Assembly: GCA_963977015.1 (NCBI GenBank)
Contig: CAXBMO010000013.1
Span: 116,897-180,896, forward strand
Source of the DNA: an uncultured bacterium
GTDB lineage: Bacteria; Verrucomicrobiota; Verrucomicrobiia; Verrucomicrobiales; DEV007
Length of the DNA stretch: 64,000 bases
Reading direction: 5' to 3'
Part shown: positions 19,632-28,842 of the stretch, piece by piece
Numbering within the stretch: position 1 is the first letter of the stretch
How the letters are laid out: each line of letters opens with the position of its first letter
Notes under the pieces: generated by a model
Told to the model about the DNA's origin: nothing
The model's database searches: none
Seen by the model: only the letters and a program-made list of their open reading frames with translations
Translations under genes and position numbers: made by a program

Positions 19632-22600
19632 ATGAAAACCCCGATTCGATTTCTGGCATTCTGCGCTCGCCCGTCAGGCTTGGTGCACAGACGTAAAACG
19701 GGACACCGGCCCGTTCTTCCGAAGACTCCCGCCAATCGACCGCGCCCGTCGTCCGCCGGAACGGGCCGGTGTCCCGTTTTACTTTTTCTCGTCGTGTCGC
19801 TCACCCTCAACGTCGCCCTCGCCGAGGATCCCGATGCCGACACCTCCGTCGCCGGCAACGACCAGGTCGCCGAGATCATCAAAACCTACGGCGGACGCGG
19901 CACCCTGGCCGATGACACGCCGCCGACTCCGGCCGAAGAAGCGGTGAAGCAGTTCAAGGTCCGCGAGGGGTTCGAAATCGAGCTGATGGCTTCCGAACCG
20001 GCGGTGACGCAGCCACTCTTTGCGACGTGGGATTCGCGCGGGCGGATGTGGGTGGTGCAATACCGGCAATACCAGTTCCCCGCCGGGCTCAAAATCCTGC
20101 GCTACGACCAGCACCTGCGCGCTGTCTTCGACAAAGTCCCGGAGCCGCCGCCGCATGGGCCGAGGGGCGCGGACGTGATCACGGTGTTTGAAGACACCGA
20201 TGGCGATGGATTCTTCGACACGCACAAGGACGTCATCACTGGGCTGAACATCGCCACCTCAGTGCAGGTCGGCCGGGGCGGGATTTGGGTGTTGCAGCCG
20301 CCGTATCTGCTGTTTTACCCGGATGCCGATGGCGACGATGTGCCGGATGCCGATCCTGAGGTGCACCTGTCCGGGTTCGGGCTGGAGGACACCCATGCCG
20401 TCGCGAACAGCCTGACCTGGGGGCCGGATGGCTGGCTTTACGGCGCGAACGGGAGCACGACGACGGGCAATGTGAGCAGCGCGGTGACGAAGAACGTGCA
20501 GTGGCAGGGCCAGTGCATCTGGCGCTATCATCCGGAGACGAAGGTGTTCGAGATTTTTGCCGAGGGAGGCGGGAACACCTTCAGCCTGGAGATCGACGCG
20601 AAGGGCCACATTTTTTCCGGGACGAACAACGGGAGCACGCGCGGGATGTATTATCCGCAGGGCAGCTATGGCAAAAAGGGCTGGGGCAAGCACGGGCCGC
20701 TGACCAATCCGTATGCGTTCGGGTTTTTCGAGCACATGCGACACGAGGGGGACAACCGGCGCTTTGCCCAGGCGTTCTGCATTTACGAAGGCGGGTTGTA
20801 TCCGGAGGAGTTCGATGGCGCGATCGTGGCGCCCAACTCGCTGCACAACGTGGTGTGGCTGAGCAAGCGGATACGGGATACCTCGACGTATCGAACCGTG
20901 GACGAGGAACCGCTGGTGCAGACGGAGGATCGGTGGTTTCGGCCGGTTTGGTGCGGGGGCGGGCCGGACGGTTGTGTTTACATCGCGGATTGGTACGATA
21001 CGCGGTTGAGCCATGTCCGTCCGGTGGACGATTGGCACAAGAGCAGTGGGCGGATTTACCGGGTGAAGCCAGTGGAAGATCCCGGAATGAAGTCACCGGC
21101 GGACTTTACAAAAGCAGGCGTGGGTGATTTGACGGGTTGGAGTCTTTTTTCGACAAATCCATGGGCCCAGAGGAGGGCAGTTCTTGAGCTTGGATGGCGA
21201 AATGAAGAGAATGACCAAATTGTTGAACTTTTGGAGTCGTTCGTGATGGTTGAACGGAAAGAATGGTATGGATTGAGTGAAAGGATCTTGGGTGGAACCA
21301 TCGGTGAGGACGGCGCTCCTCAAGACGTTCTCAACGAATTCGCGGATCAAACGGCTTTAGGTGCGATTTGGGCATTGAACGCGCTCAACGAACGGAATGC
21401 GTTTGCTGAGTTTCTCTCCAAAACGGAGAGTCCAGACGTTCGAAGGTGGATTGTGCGAATTATGGGGGATCGTCGAGAAACTCTTCCCGGATTTGTTGAC
21501 CTTGCCCGCACCGAGCCCGATGTCCAAGTCCGCGCCCAACTCGCCTCCACCGCGAAACGTCTCCCTTCTGAAGCCGCGCTCCCGATCATCGAGCAACTCC
21601 TCCGCCGCAGCGAAGACCTTGAGGATTTACACATGCCGCTCATGATCTGGTGGGCGCTGGAGGCACATGCGGAAACCGGGCGCGAGGGCGTAATCGCGAT
21701 GCTGAGTAATCCGGAAGTTTGGTCGTTGCCGATGTTGCGCCAACACATTGCGGCGCGCCTCATGCAACGCTACGCGATGGCGGGAGGCGAGGAAAACCTG
21801 GCGACGGCGGCGAAGCTGCTCGAACTCGCGCCTGATGAGGAAGTCCGTGCGGAACTCCTTGTCGGCTTGAATCGCGCGTTTCAGGGCCTGCCGATGCCGA
21901 AGCTGCCGGATGCGCTTTCCGAGGCTTTGGCCGAATACGAGGCATCGCAGGGCAGTTCCCCGCTCGTCCTCAAACTGCGCCAGGGCGATGCATCGGCGAT
22001 TCCGGACGCGGTGAAGGCCGCGACGAGTTCGGCGACGAATCTGGTCGAGCGAATCGAGCTGGCCAAGGCGCTGGGAGATACCGGGAACCCGGCTGCCCTG
22101 GCCGCGTTGCTCAAACTCATCCCGAACGACTCCGAGCACGCTCTGCAACGCGTCGCGATGCGCGCGGCGGCGAAATTCGACGACGAACGGGTCGCCAAAA
22201 CGATTTTGGGCCGCTACAACTCGAGCATCAGCAACGAGCACGACGTCCGCGGCACGGCCAATCGCGTCCTCGCGAGTCGGGCTTCGTGGGCCAAGGCATT
22301 CCTCGATCAGATCGATACCTGGCACATTCGCGCGAACGAAATCCAGCCCGACGTTGTCCAGCAACTCCGCATTTTTGACGAACCGGAAATCGCCGCGTTG
22401 GTCGAGAAACATTTCGGGAGAGCCGGAACGGTCTCCTCGCCGGAAAAACTTGCCGAGATGGCTCGAATCAAGACCGCATTGGCAGGCAAAACCGGCAGCG
22501 CCGAATCTGGCCGCGTGATTTACACTCAGCGCTGCGCCGTTTGCCACAAGCTTTTCGACGAAGGTGGTGCGATCGGGCCGGAACTGACCGGCTACGAACG

Positions 22601-22901
22601 CGGAAACCTGGAGTTCTGGCTCCCCGGCATCCTCGATCCGAGTCTGGAAATCCGCGAAGGCTACGAAACCTACGTCGCCCGGCTCAAGGACGGCCGCGTC
22701 CTCACCGGGATGATGGCCGCGCAGGAGCCGCAAACCATCACTCTGCGTGATCTTGCGAACCAAACTTCCATCGTGAGTCGAGCTGATATCGCGAGCCTGC
22801 AGGCCATTCCGATTTCGCTGATGCCGGAAGGATTGCTCGGCGGGTTGAGCGAAGCGCAATTGGCGGATTTGTTCGCCTATTTGAGCCTGACGGCTCAGTG
22901 A
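19632..22901 (+). CDS. PVC-type heme-binding CxxCH protein (propeller dehydrogenase-like domain, HEAT-like repeats, cytochrome c)
   Basis: GFEIELMASEP, WDSRGRMWV, LTWGPDGWLYG, CAVCH, IGPELTG, SLMPEGL. Confidence 0.9.
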   Translation: MKTPIRFLAFCARPSGLVHRRKTGHRPVLPKTPANRPRPSSAGTGRCPVLLFLVVSLTLNVALAEDPDADTSVAGNDQVAEIIKTYGGRGTLADDTPPTPAEEAVKQFKVREGFEIELMASEPAVTQPLFATWDSRGRMWVVQYRQYQFPAGLKILRYDQHLRAVFDKVPEPPPHGPRGADVITVFEDTDGDGFFDTHKDVITGLNIATSVQVGRGGIWVLQPPYLLFYPDADGDDVPDADPEVHLSGFGLEDTHAVANSLTWGPDGWLYGANGSTTTGNVSSAVTKNVQWQGQCIWRYHPETKVFEIFAEGGGNTFSLEIDAKGHIFSGTNNGSTRGMYYPQGSYGKKGWGKHGPLTNPYAFGFFEHMRHEGDNRRFAQAFCIYEGGLYPEEFDGAIVAPNSLHNVVWLSKRIRDTSTYRTVDEEPLVQTEDRWFRPVWCGGGPDGCVYIADWYDTRLSHVRPVDDWHKSSGRIYRVKPVEDPGMKSPADFTKAGVGDLTGWSLFSTNPWAQRRAVLELGWRNEENDQIVELLESFVMVERKEWYGLSERILGGTIGEDGAPQDVLNEFADQTALGAIWALNALNERNAFAEFLSKTESPDVRRWIVRIMGDRRETLPGFVDLARTEPDVQVRAQLASTAKRLPSEAALPIIEQLLRRSEDLEDLHMPLMIWWALEAHAETGREGVIAMLSNPEVWSLPMLRQHIAARLMQRYAMAGGEENLATAAKLLELAPDEEVRAELLVGLNRAFQGLPMPKLPDALSEALAEYEASQGSSPLVLKLRQGDASAIPDAVKAATSSATNLVERIELAKALGDTGNPAALAALLKLIPNDSEHALQRVAMRAAAKFDDERVAKTILGRYNSSISNEHDVRGTANRVLASRASWAKAFLDQIDTWHIRANEIQPDVVQQLRIFDEPEIAALVEKHFGRAGTVSSPEKLAEMARIKTALAGKTGSAESGRVIYTQRCAVCHKLFDEGGAIGPELTGYERGNLEFWLPGILDPSLEIREGYETYVARLKDGRVLTGMMAAQEPQTITLRDLANQTSIVSRADIASLQAIPISLMPEGLLGGLSEAQLADLFAYLSLTAQ
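19693..19782. repeat. REPIN-like element: perfect 24-bp inverted repeat with a 42-bp spacer
   Basis: gtaaaacgggacaccggcccgttc (19693-19716) and its exact reverse complement (19759-19782). Each arm has an internal AACGGG/CCCGTT palindrome. Confidence 0.85.
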
Positions 22902-23020
22902 CGGAGCCGAATTCCTGAGTTTTCGCGAAATCGGTTCGTAAAATCTCGCCTTGCAAAGTCACCTCGCCTGTAAATGGATACCCTTTCACCCTTATCATAC
23001 CCTAGACCCTGGCTTTTCTC

Positions 23021-24271
23021 ATGGAACGTAGAGTTGTCATCACCGGAATCGGAGTCCTGTCTCCGGTCGGAAATAATTTAGAAACCTTTTGGGAGTCGAT
23101 CAAAGCTGGTCGCAGCGGAATTCGTCGGCTTGAGTCGCTCGATACGACGGAGTATCAGTGCAAGATTGGAGGAGAAGTCGTGGACTACGACCCCAAGGCG
23201 TATTTCAACAATCCCAAGGATGCGAAGCGCGCCGATCGGTTCACGCAATTGGCCATGGGCGCTTCCAAAATGGCCGTCGAGCATTCGGGAATCGATTTCG
23301 AGACGGTCGATCGCAATCGCATCGGCGTCATGGTTGGCTCTGGCATTGGTGGCTTGGACACGATCGAACGCAACCACACCGCATTGATTCAGAAGCATCC
23401 TTCCCGCGTTTCGCCCTTTGTGATTCCCATGATGATCACGAATATCGCGAGTGGCATGGTTTCGATGGAGTATCAGCTTCACGGACCAAACATGTGTATC
23501 GTGACCGCCTGCACCACGGCGAACAACAACATCGGGGAAGCTTGGCGGATCATCAAATTCGGCGACGCAGATGCGTTCATCGCCGGTGGTTCCGAGGCCT
23601 CCATTTCCCCCATGGGCCTCGCCGGTTTCGGAAACATGAAAGCGCTGTGTAGCAACCGGAACGATGATCCGGAGATTGCTTCCCGCCCGTTTGATGTCGA
23701 TCGCAGCGGTTTCGTCATGGGTGAAGGTGCCGGTTGCGTGATGATGGAAGAGCTGGAACACGCCAAAGCCCGTGGCGCGAACATCCTGTGCGAACTGGCG
23801 GGCTATGGCGTCAGCGCCGATGCCTATCACATGAGTGCACCGCATCCGGATGGAATCGGCGCCAGCATGTGCATGGAAAACGCCTTGCGTCACGCCAAGT
23901 TGAATCCGGAAGACGTTGATTATGTGAACGCTCACGGAACTTCAACATCGCTTGGAGACATTTGCGAAACCAAGGCGATCAAGCAGACCTTTGGCGATTA
24001 TGCGAAGGATGGTCTCATGGTTTCCTCCACCAAGTCGATGACCGGACACCTGCTCGGTGCGGCTGGCGGAGTCGAACTCGCAGCCTGCGCAATGGCGATT
24101 CGTGAAGGTGTTGTTCCTCCAACGATCAATCTCGACAATCAGGATCCCGAGTGTGACTTGGATTACGTGCCCAACGAAGCCAGAGAGGTGAAGATTTCGG
24201 CCGCGGTCAGCAACTCGTTCGGCTTCGGCGGTCACAACGCTTCTGTCGTGTTGAAGAAATTTGAAGACTGA
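23021..24271 (+). CDS. fabF: 3-oxoacyl-ACP synthase II
   Basis: RRVVITGIG, TAC, SRPFD, NAHGTST, KSMTGHLLGAAG, SNSFGFGGHN. Confidence 0.97.
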   Translation: MERRVVITGIGVLSPVGNNLETFWESIKAGRSGIRRLESLDTTEYQCKIGGEVVDYDPKAYFNNPKDAKRADRFTQLAMGASKMAVEHSGIDFETVDRNRIGVMVGSGIGGLDTIERNHTALIQKHPSRVSPFVIPMMITNIASGMVSMEYQLHGPNMCIVTACTTANNNIGEAWRIIKFGDADAFIAGGSEASISPMGLAGFGNMKALCSNRNDDPEIASRPFDVDRSGFVMGEGAGCVMMEELEHAKARGANILCELAGYGVSADAYHMSAPHPDGIGASMCMENALRHAKLNPEDVDYVNAHGTSTSLGDICETKAIKQTFGDYAKDGLMVSSTKSMTGHLLGAAGGVELAACAMAIREGVVPPTINLDNQDPECDLDYVPNEAREVKISAAVSNSFGFGGHNASVVLKKFED

Positions 24272-25458
24272 TGATCAAATCCCCTACGTTTCTCCTGTTG
24301 CTCGCGACAGCCTGGCTGACGGGCATCGCGCAGGCTGATTGGCTCCAGTTTCGGGGCTCCGACAGCACCGGCGTCGCCGATGGAGAAGCTCCGGCAGAGT
24401 TTCGTGGGGAGGATTCGATTGCCTGGAGTCTCGATCTACCCGGTCGAGGCTTGTCGAGTCCCATCGTGATTGGCGATAATGTCGTCGTCACGGCCGCAAG
24501 CGGTCCGAACCAGGAATTGCTCCACATCATTTGTGTCGACGCCGGCAATGGCGAAGTCCGGTGGGAGCGTCGATTCTGGGCAACGGGTCGAACCATGACT
24601 CACAAGAAGACGTCGGTCGCCGCGCCGACTCCGTGCAGCAATGGTGAACTCATTTTCGCCTACTACTCGTCAAACGACCTCTTCTGCGTGGATCTGGAAG
24701 GCAACCTGCAGTGGTTGCGTGGGCTGGGTTACGATTATCCGAACGCCAGCAACAGTCTCGGCATGGCCTCCTCACTCCTCGTGACGGACGACGCGTTGAT
24801 CGTCCAGAGCGAAAACGATAGTGAGAGCTTTGCTGCCGGGCTGGATTTGAGGACCGGCGAGAATCTTTGGCGGAAAATGCGGCCCAAGGGAGCCAACTGG
24901 ACGTCGCCCGTCGCGTTTGGGGCTGAAGTGGTCGCGTTGCAATCCACCAAAGGCGTTTTGGCCGTCGTTCCCTCGACCGGATCAGAACTCTGGAACTTTG
25001 AAGGAGGCGCCTCTCCAACTCCCAGTTCCGTGGTTAAAGACGGCGTTCTCTACGTTCCTTCCAACGGAATCACCGCCTTGAAACCCGATGGGAAAGGTGG
25101 GCCTCCACAAAAACTTTGGACCAATGGCCAGATCAGCCCGGGAACTGGTAGCCCGATTGTCATCGGCGACCGCATTTACTCGATCAAGGGGAGCTTTGTC
25201 GCCGCCGCCGACCTCGCGACGGGCGAGGAAATCTGGAAGATTCGAGCCGATGGTCCCTTCAGCTCGTCACCGGTCGCTGCTGGGAATTTGATCTATCAGT
25301 TCAACGAGCAGGGACGTGGCGCAATCATCGATGTCAGTGGTGAAGAAGGCGAAGTGGTCAGCCAAATTGAGCTTGGCGAAGTCATTCTCGCCACGCCCGC
25401 CATCGATGACGGCGCGCTCTATATCCGCAGCGACGGACATCTCTGGAAGCTGCAGTAA
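24271..25458 (+). CDS. PQQ-binding-like beta-propeller repeat protein (BamB-like)
   Basis: Signal peptide, DWLQFRG, SSPIV, repeated G...W propeller motifs. Confidence 0.88.
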   Translation: MIKSPTFLLLLATAWLTGIAQADWLQFRGSDSTGVADGEAPAEFRGEDSIAWSLDLPGRGLSSPIVIGDNVVVTAASGPNQELLHIICVDAGNGEVRWERRFWATGRTMTHKKTSVAAPTPCSNGELIFAYYSSNDLFCVDLEGNLQWLRGLGYDYPNASNSLGMASSLLVTDDALIVQSENDSESFAAGLDLRTGENLWRKMRPKGANWTSPVAFGAEVVALQSTKGVLAVVPSTGSELWNFEGGASPTPSSVVKDGVLYVPSNGITALKPDGKGGPPQKLWTNGQISPGTGSPIVIGDRIYSIKGSFVAAADLATGEEIWKIRADGPFSSSPVAAGNLIYQFNEQGRGAIIDVSGEEGEVVSQIELGEVILATPAIDDGALYIRSDGHLWKLQ

Positions 25459-25480
25459 CGTCGGAGAAAAATCCGTTGGT

Positions 25481-26179
25481 CTAGCCTGACCACGAGCTGT
25501 AAATGCTCACCTTCGTTCCACTGCGCGTGTTGTCGTAGATCAATTGAGCCGCACTGTAGGGAAGCCTGACACAACCCGCGGAAGCCGGATAGCCGGGAAG
25601 ATGCCCGGCGTGCACGCCGTAAGCGCTCGAGCCCAGCCGCATCCAATACGGCATGCCCACGTGATAGATGTTTGAAACTTTTCCGCTGCGAACGCGCTCG
25701 CTCATCGTGAAGGTGCCACGCGGCGTGTATTTGCCAGGACGGGCTGACGAGATCGGCGTCCGCACTGCAATTTCGCCATTCACCAACAGATAAGCGCGTT
25801 GCCGACTGATATCGATCACCACTCGGGTGTTGCTTCGAGTGCTTCGATTCAGCGCACGTTGGCTCACCACATACGGGTTCGACGTTGATTGGGGAGCACT
25901 CGGTTTTGGTGTCGGAGCTGCTGCCGGTTTCGGTGCGAAGAACGACTGCAACGGGCGGGCCTTCGGGATTTGCTCGCGCGAAGTTGTCGTCCGCCGGTCC
26001 CGCATCTGCTTGCGTCGGCTACTTCCGTACTTTTTCCAACGGCTCCCGCCAAAAAGCCCGGTCTTTGCTCGTTGTGCGACGGGGCGGGACTCCGAACGCG
26101 GTTCTGCAGACAGCTCAGGAATGCTGATTGAGGAAATGCCGATCACCACGGCGAGAAGGGAAGGGAGAGGTAGTTTCAT
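25481..26179 (-). CDS. L,D-transpeptidase (YkuD family)
   Basis: Start at ATG 26179 with signal peptide; TPRGTF, MPYWMRL, GVHAG..PGYPASAGCVRL. Confidence 0.9.
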   Translation of the reverse strand: MKLPLPSLLAVVIGISSISIPELSAEPRSESRPVAQRAKTGLFGGSRWKKYGSSRRKQMRDRRTTTSREQIPKARPLQSFFAPKPAAAPTPKPSAPQSTSNPYVVSQRALNRSTRSNTRVVIDISRQRAYLLVNGEIAVRTPISSARPGKYTPRGTFTMSERVRSGKVSNIYHVGMPYWMRLGSSAYGVHAGHLPGYPASAGCVRLPYSAAQLIYDNTRSGTKVSIYSSWSG

Positions 26180-26277
26180 CGTTCTGAGGAGTAGACCGAT
26201 TTTACAGACACCATAGCGATTAGGAAGGCAAAAATGCGCGCCGCGTCCTCCGACCGGGAATTTGCCGCCCTTCAAGC

Positions 26278-27159
26278 TTACTTTACCGAAAACGAGAATG
26301 CTCCGAGGTCGCCCGCGTTGTAGTGATAGTCGCCGGGTTCGGCCTCGAGGATTTTACCGAGCGCTCCGCAGATGATGACTTGGCCTTTGGTTAGTGGGAC
26401 TCCCTGATCGTGGGCAAACTGGGCGAGCCAGAGGGCGGTTTCCCACGGCCCTTCCCAGCAATCGGAGCCCTTGGCCGTGTTGATGACGTCCCCGTTCCGG
26501 CTGAGGTTGAGGGGGATGGCTTTGGGGTTGATCTGGTCTTTCGCGACGGGGTGGCCAACGATGTAACCGGCAGCGATGACGTTGATGGCGGCAAGTTCGG
26601 CGGCGGTCGGTCGTTCGCCGGCGGGGCCTTCCCAATCACCTGAGATCAGTTCAATCACCGGGATGATACCGGAGATATGCTGCTGGAGCTCGTCCACGGA
26701 TTCGGGGCGTTTGAGAAGGGGCGAGCCGATCGTAAATCCAATTTCGCATTCCAATTTCAGGCCGGGAAAGCGTTGCCGGGAGATGACCGGCGAATCGCGG
26801 CCCTCGAATCGTCCGGAAGCCCGAAGAATCGCGCCAACCGGTTCGGTGATGCCCAACCATTTCTGGCCGGCGGGCGTGACAACGCCACCCTTGATCCCGC
26901 CAATCCCGTCGTCATCGAGCGTTTGTTGGACCCAGGTGCGTTGGATCTTGTAAGCCTGTCGAAGATTGAGCTCCGGCGCGATCCGGCTCAGGGCGGGGAG
27001 CGGTTTGCCCGCATTCCACGCCGCGACGAATGATTCCGCGAGTTCTTCGGCGGTGGACCTCGAGTGCTCGACCGCAGGTTCGGCGGCGTTGAGAGAGGAG
27101 CCCAAAAGCGGGGCAACGCCAACGAGGGCGATTAGGAGGATTCGGGTGAAACGTCTCAT
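26278..27159 (-). CDS. 2-keto-4-pentenoate hydratase-like protein (FAH superfamily) with signal peptide
   Basis: AYKIQ, G.KGG, LECEIGF, PVIEL, LWLA, GQVIICGAL. Confidence 0.8.
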   Translation of the reverse strand: MRRFTRILLIALVGVAPLLGSSLNAAEPAVEHSRSTAEELAESFVAAWNAGKPLPALSRIAPELNLRQAYKIQRTWVQQTLDDDGIGGIKGGVVTPAGQKWLGITEPVGAILRASGRFEGRDSPVISRQRFPGLKLECEIGFTIGSPLLKRPESVDELQQHISGIIPVIELISGDWEGPAGERPTAAELAAINVIAAGYIVGHPVAKDQINPKAIPLNLSRNGDVINTAKGSDCWEGPWETALWLAQFAHDQGVPLTKGQVIICGALGKILEAEPGDYHYNAGDLGAFSFSVK

Positions 27160-27183
27160 GAGTAGTTGTGATTCGTTGGCGGG

Positions 27184-28053
27184 TTACTGACCTCTCAAGT
27201 GCTTTGCCAAAAACTTCAAGACGAGTTCCTTCTCGCGGGGAGTCCGTTTCCAACCGTGGCCGGAACCGTTGACCACTTCCAGATGGACGTCGAGACCGGC
27301 TTCCCCATAGAGCTTTGCAAACCATTCGGATTGATCGAGGAAAACCGTGCGGTCCTTGTCCCCATGAAAAATGAGAAGGGGCGGATCGTCATCGCTGATG
27401 TAAGTTGCGGGACTGGCGATCCGTGCGGCTTCAAGGTTTTCCTTCACGGGACCACCCAGCAATTTGTAGACGCCGCCTTCGGGCTCATCGGTTTTGGCGG
27501 GTTGATTTTCTGAACGCTTCACAAAGTCACTGGGACCGTAGTAGTCGATCACGCCCTGCACGCGGGACGATTGATCCGCGTGGCCTGCCGTTGTTCCTTC
27601 CAAATCCGTGACCCCGCCACTGGTTCCCATCAGCGCGGCGAGATGGCCGCCTGCGGAAGTTCCCGCGACGACGACTCGTGAGGCATCGTAGCCATAGTCG
27701 CCGGCGTTTGCTCGAAGCCAGCGGAGCGCCCCCTTGCAATCATGAATTTGAGCGGGAAACAACGCTTCGCTGCTGAGCCGATATTCCACGCTTGCGACGG
27801 CGTAGCCATGGTTGGCAACCCAGTTGAGGCGGCAGCGTTTCCGGTCACCCGACTGCCAGCCACCTCCGTGGATAAAGAGGAGGAGGGGTGGGGCTTCAAT
27901 TCCCTTGGGCATATGGAGATCGAGAAAAAGTTCAACACCATCAGGTTTGGCGATCGCGATCTTTTCAAGAAGTTCGACCTCGTTCTCTGCGAATGCGTTG
28001 GCCGGCAGGGATGCGAGGAGAAGAAGCGGGACGATGATTTGCGGGCTTTTCAT
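27184..28053 (-). CDS. Secreted alpha/beta hydrolase (esterase/lipase)
   Basis: HGGGW, GTSAGG, HGDKD, GSGH. Confidence 0.92.
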   Translation of the reverse strand: MKSPQIIVPLLLLASLPANAFAENEVELLEKIAIAKPDGVELFLDLHMPKGIEAPPLLLFIHGGGWQSGDRKRCRLNWVANHGYAVASVEYRLSSEALFPAQIHDCKGALRWLRANAGDYGYDASRVVVAGTSAGGHLAALMGTSGGVTDLEGTTAGHADQSSRVQGVIDYYGPSDFVKRSENQPAKTDEPEGGVYKLLGGPVKENLEAARIASPATYISDDDPPLLIFHGDKDRTVFLDQSEWFAKLYGEAGLDVHLEVVNGSGHGWKRTPREKELVLKFLAKHLRGQ

Positions 28054-28077
28054 GGGGGTGAAGCAAAGGCTTTCAGG

Positions 28078-28842
28078 TTAGGTAAAGTCGGCGTAGCGAG
28101 TTCCAAGAGGCGTGTTGAGGAGTGACCCTGCCAGGTTGACCAAGCCCTTCACGATGGCGTCGAACAACAGCTTTCCTTTTTCTGCACTCGCGAGGTCGGG
28201 GCGCCCGGTATAGCCGTTGGCGGTCCGCTGGAACATGTCGCGACTGAGATAGAAGCCGTGATTCGTGTCTGGGATCAACTCTCCCGCGTTCGCCAATTCA
28301 TCGGTCTCCACCAGGTCCGGGCGGATGTGAAGCATCAATGACGTCTCAAACTCGCAGGCGTGGCCGACAAACTTGTGCTCTCCCTCCAGAATTGCCTCGC
28401 GCTCGGACTCCGCAACGGACCAATAACAACCGGCGGCGAGAAGGGCATCCAAATACAGGGGTTGAAGTTCACGCACCGCCATCTTCATCGGATCGGTATT
28501 GCCACCGTGGCCATTGAGAAAGAGAACCCGCTTGAACCCGTCATCGAGAAGTGAGCGGGCCACGTCACAGAGGGTCGCAACATAAGTATTAAGGGCCGTG
28601 TTGAGGGTTGAGCCGATCCGCAAATGATGGGCGCTCGCTCCCAGCCAAATCGTTGGTGTCAGCAGCAACTGAGTGGCCAGCTCTTTTTCGAGAGCTTCGG
28701 CGATCGCGCTACAGAGAATGGTGTCGGTCCCGGTTGGCATGTGGGGGCCGTGTTGTTCCACCGCTGCGATGGGAATCACAACAAGGGTGTTCATGCGATC
28801 GAGCTTTGTGAGCGTGGAAGAGGTCAGGTGCTGATAAATCAT
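28078..28842 (-). CDS. Creatininase family amidohydrolase
   Basis: EQHGPHMP.GTD, NGHGGN, HACEFETS. Confidence 0.92.
   Translation of the reverse strand: MIYQHLTSSTLTKLDRMNTLVVIPIAAVEQHGPHMPTGTDTILCSAIAEALEKELATQLLLTPTIWLGASAHHLRIGSTLNTALNTYVATLCDVARSLLDDGFKRVLFLNGHGGNTDPMKMAVRELQPLYLDALLAAGCYWSVAESEREAILEGEHKFVGHACEFETSLMLHIRPDLVETDELANAGELIPDTNHGFYLSRDMFQRTANGYTGRPDLASAEKGKLLFDAIVKGLVNLAGSLLNTPLGTRYADFT

Noticed and set aside
21627-22859. Long antisense ORFs (also 57641..58993, 59354..60484, 60542..61702, 38116..39159)
   Set aside because: They lie opposite well-supported genes in GC-rich DNA and have no recognisable motifs.
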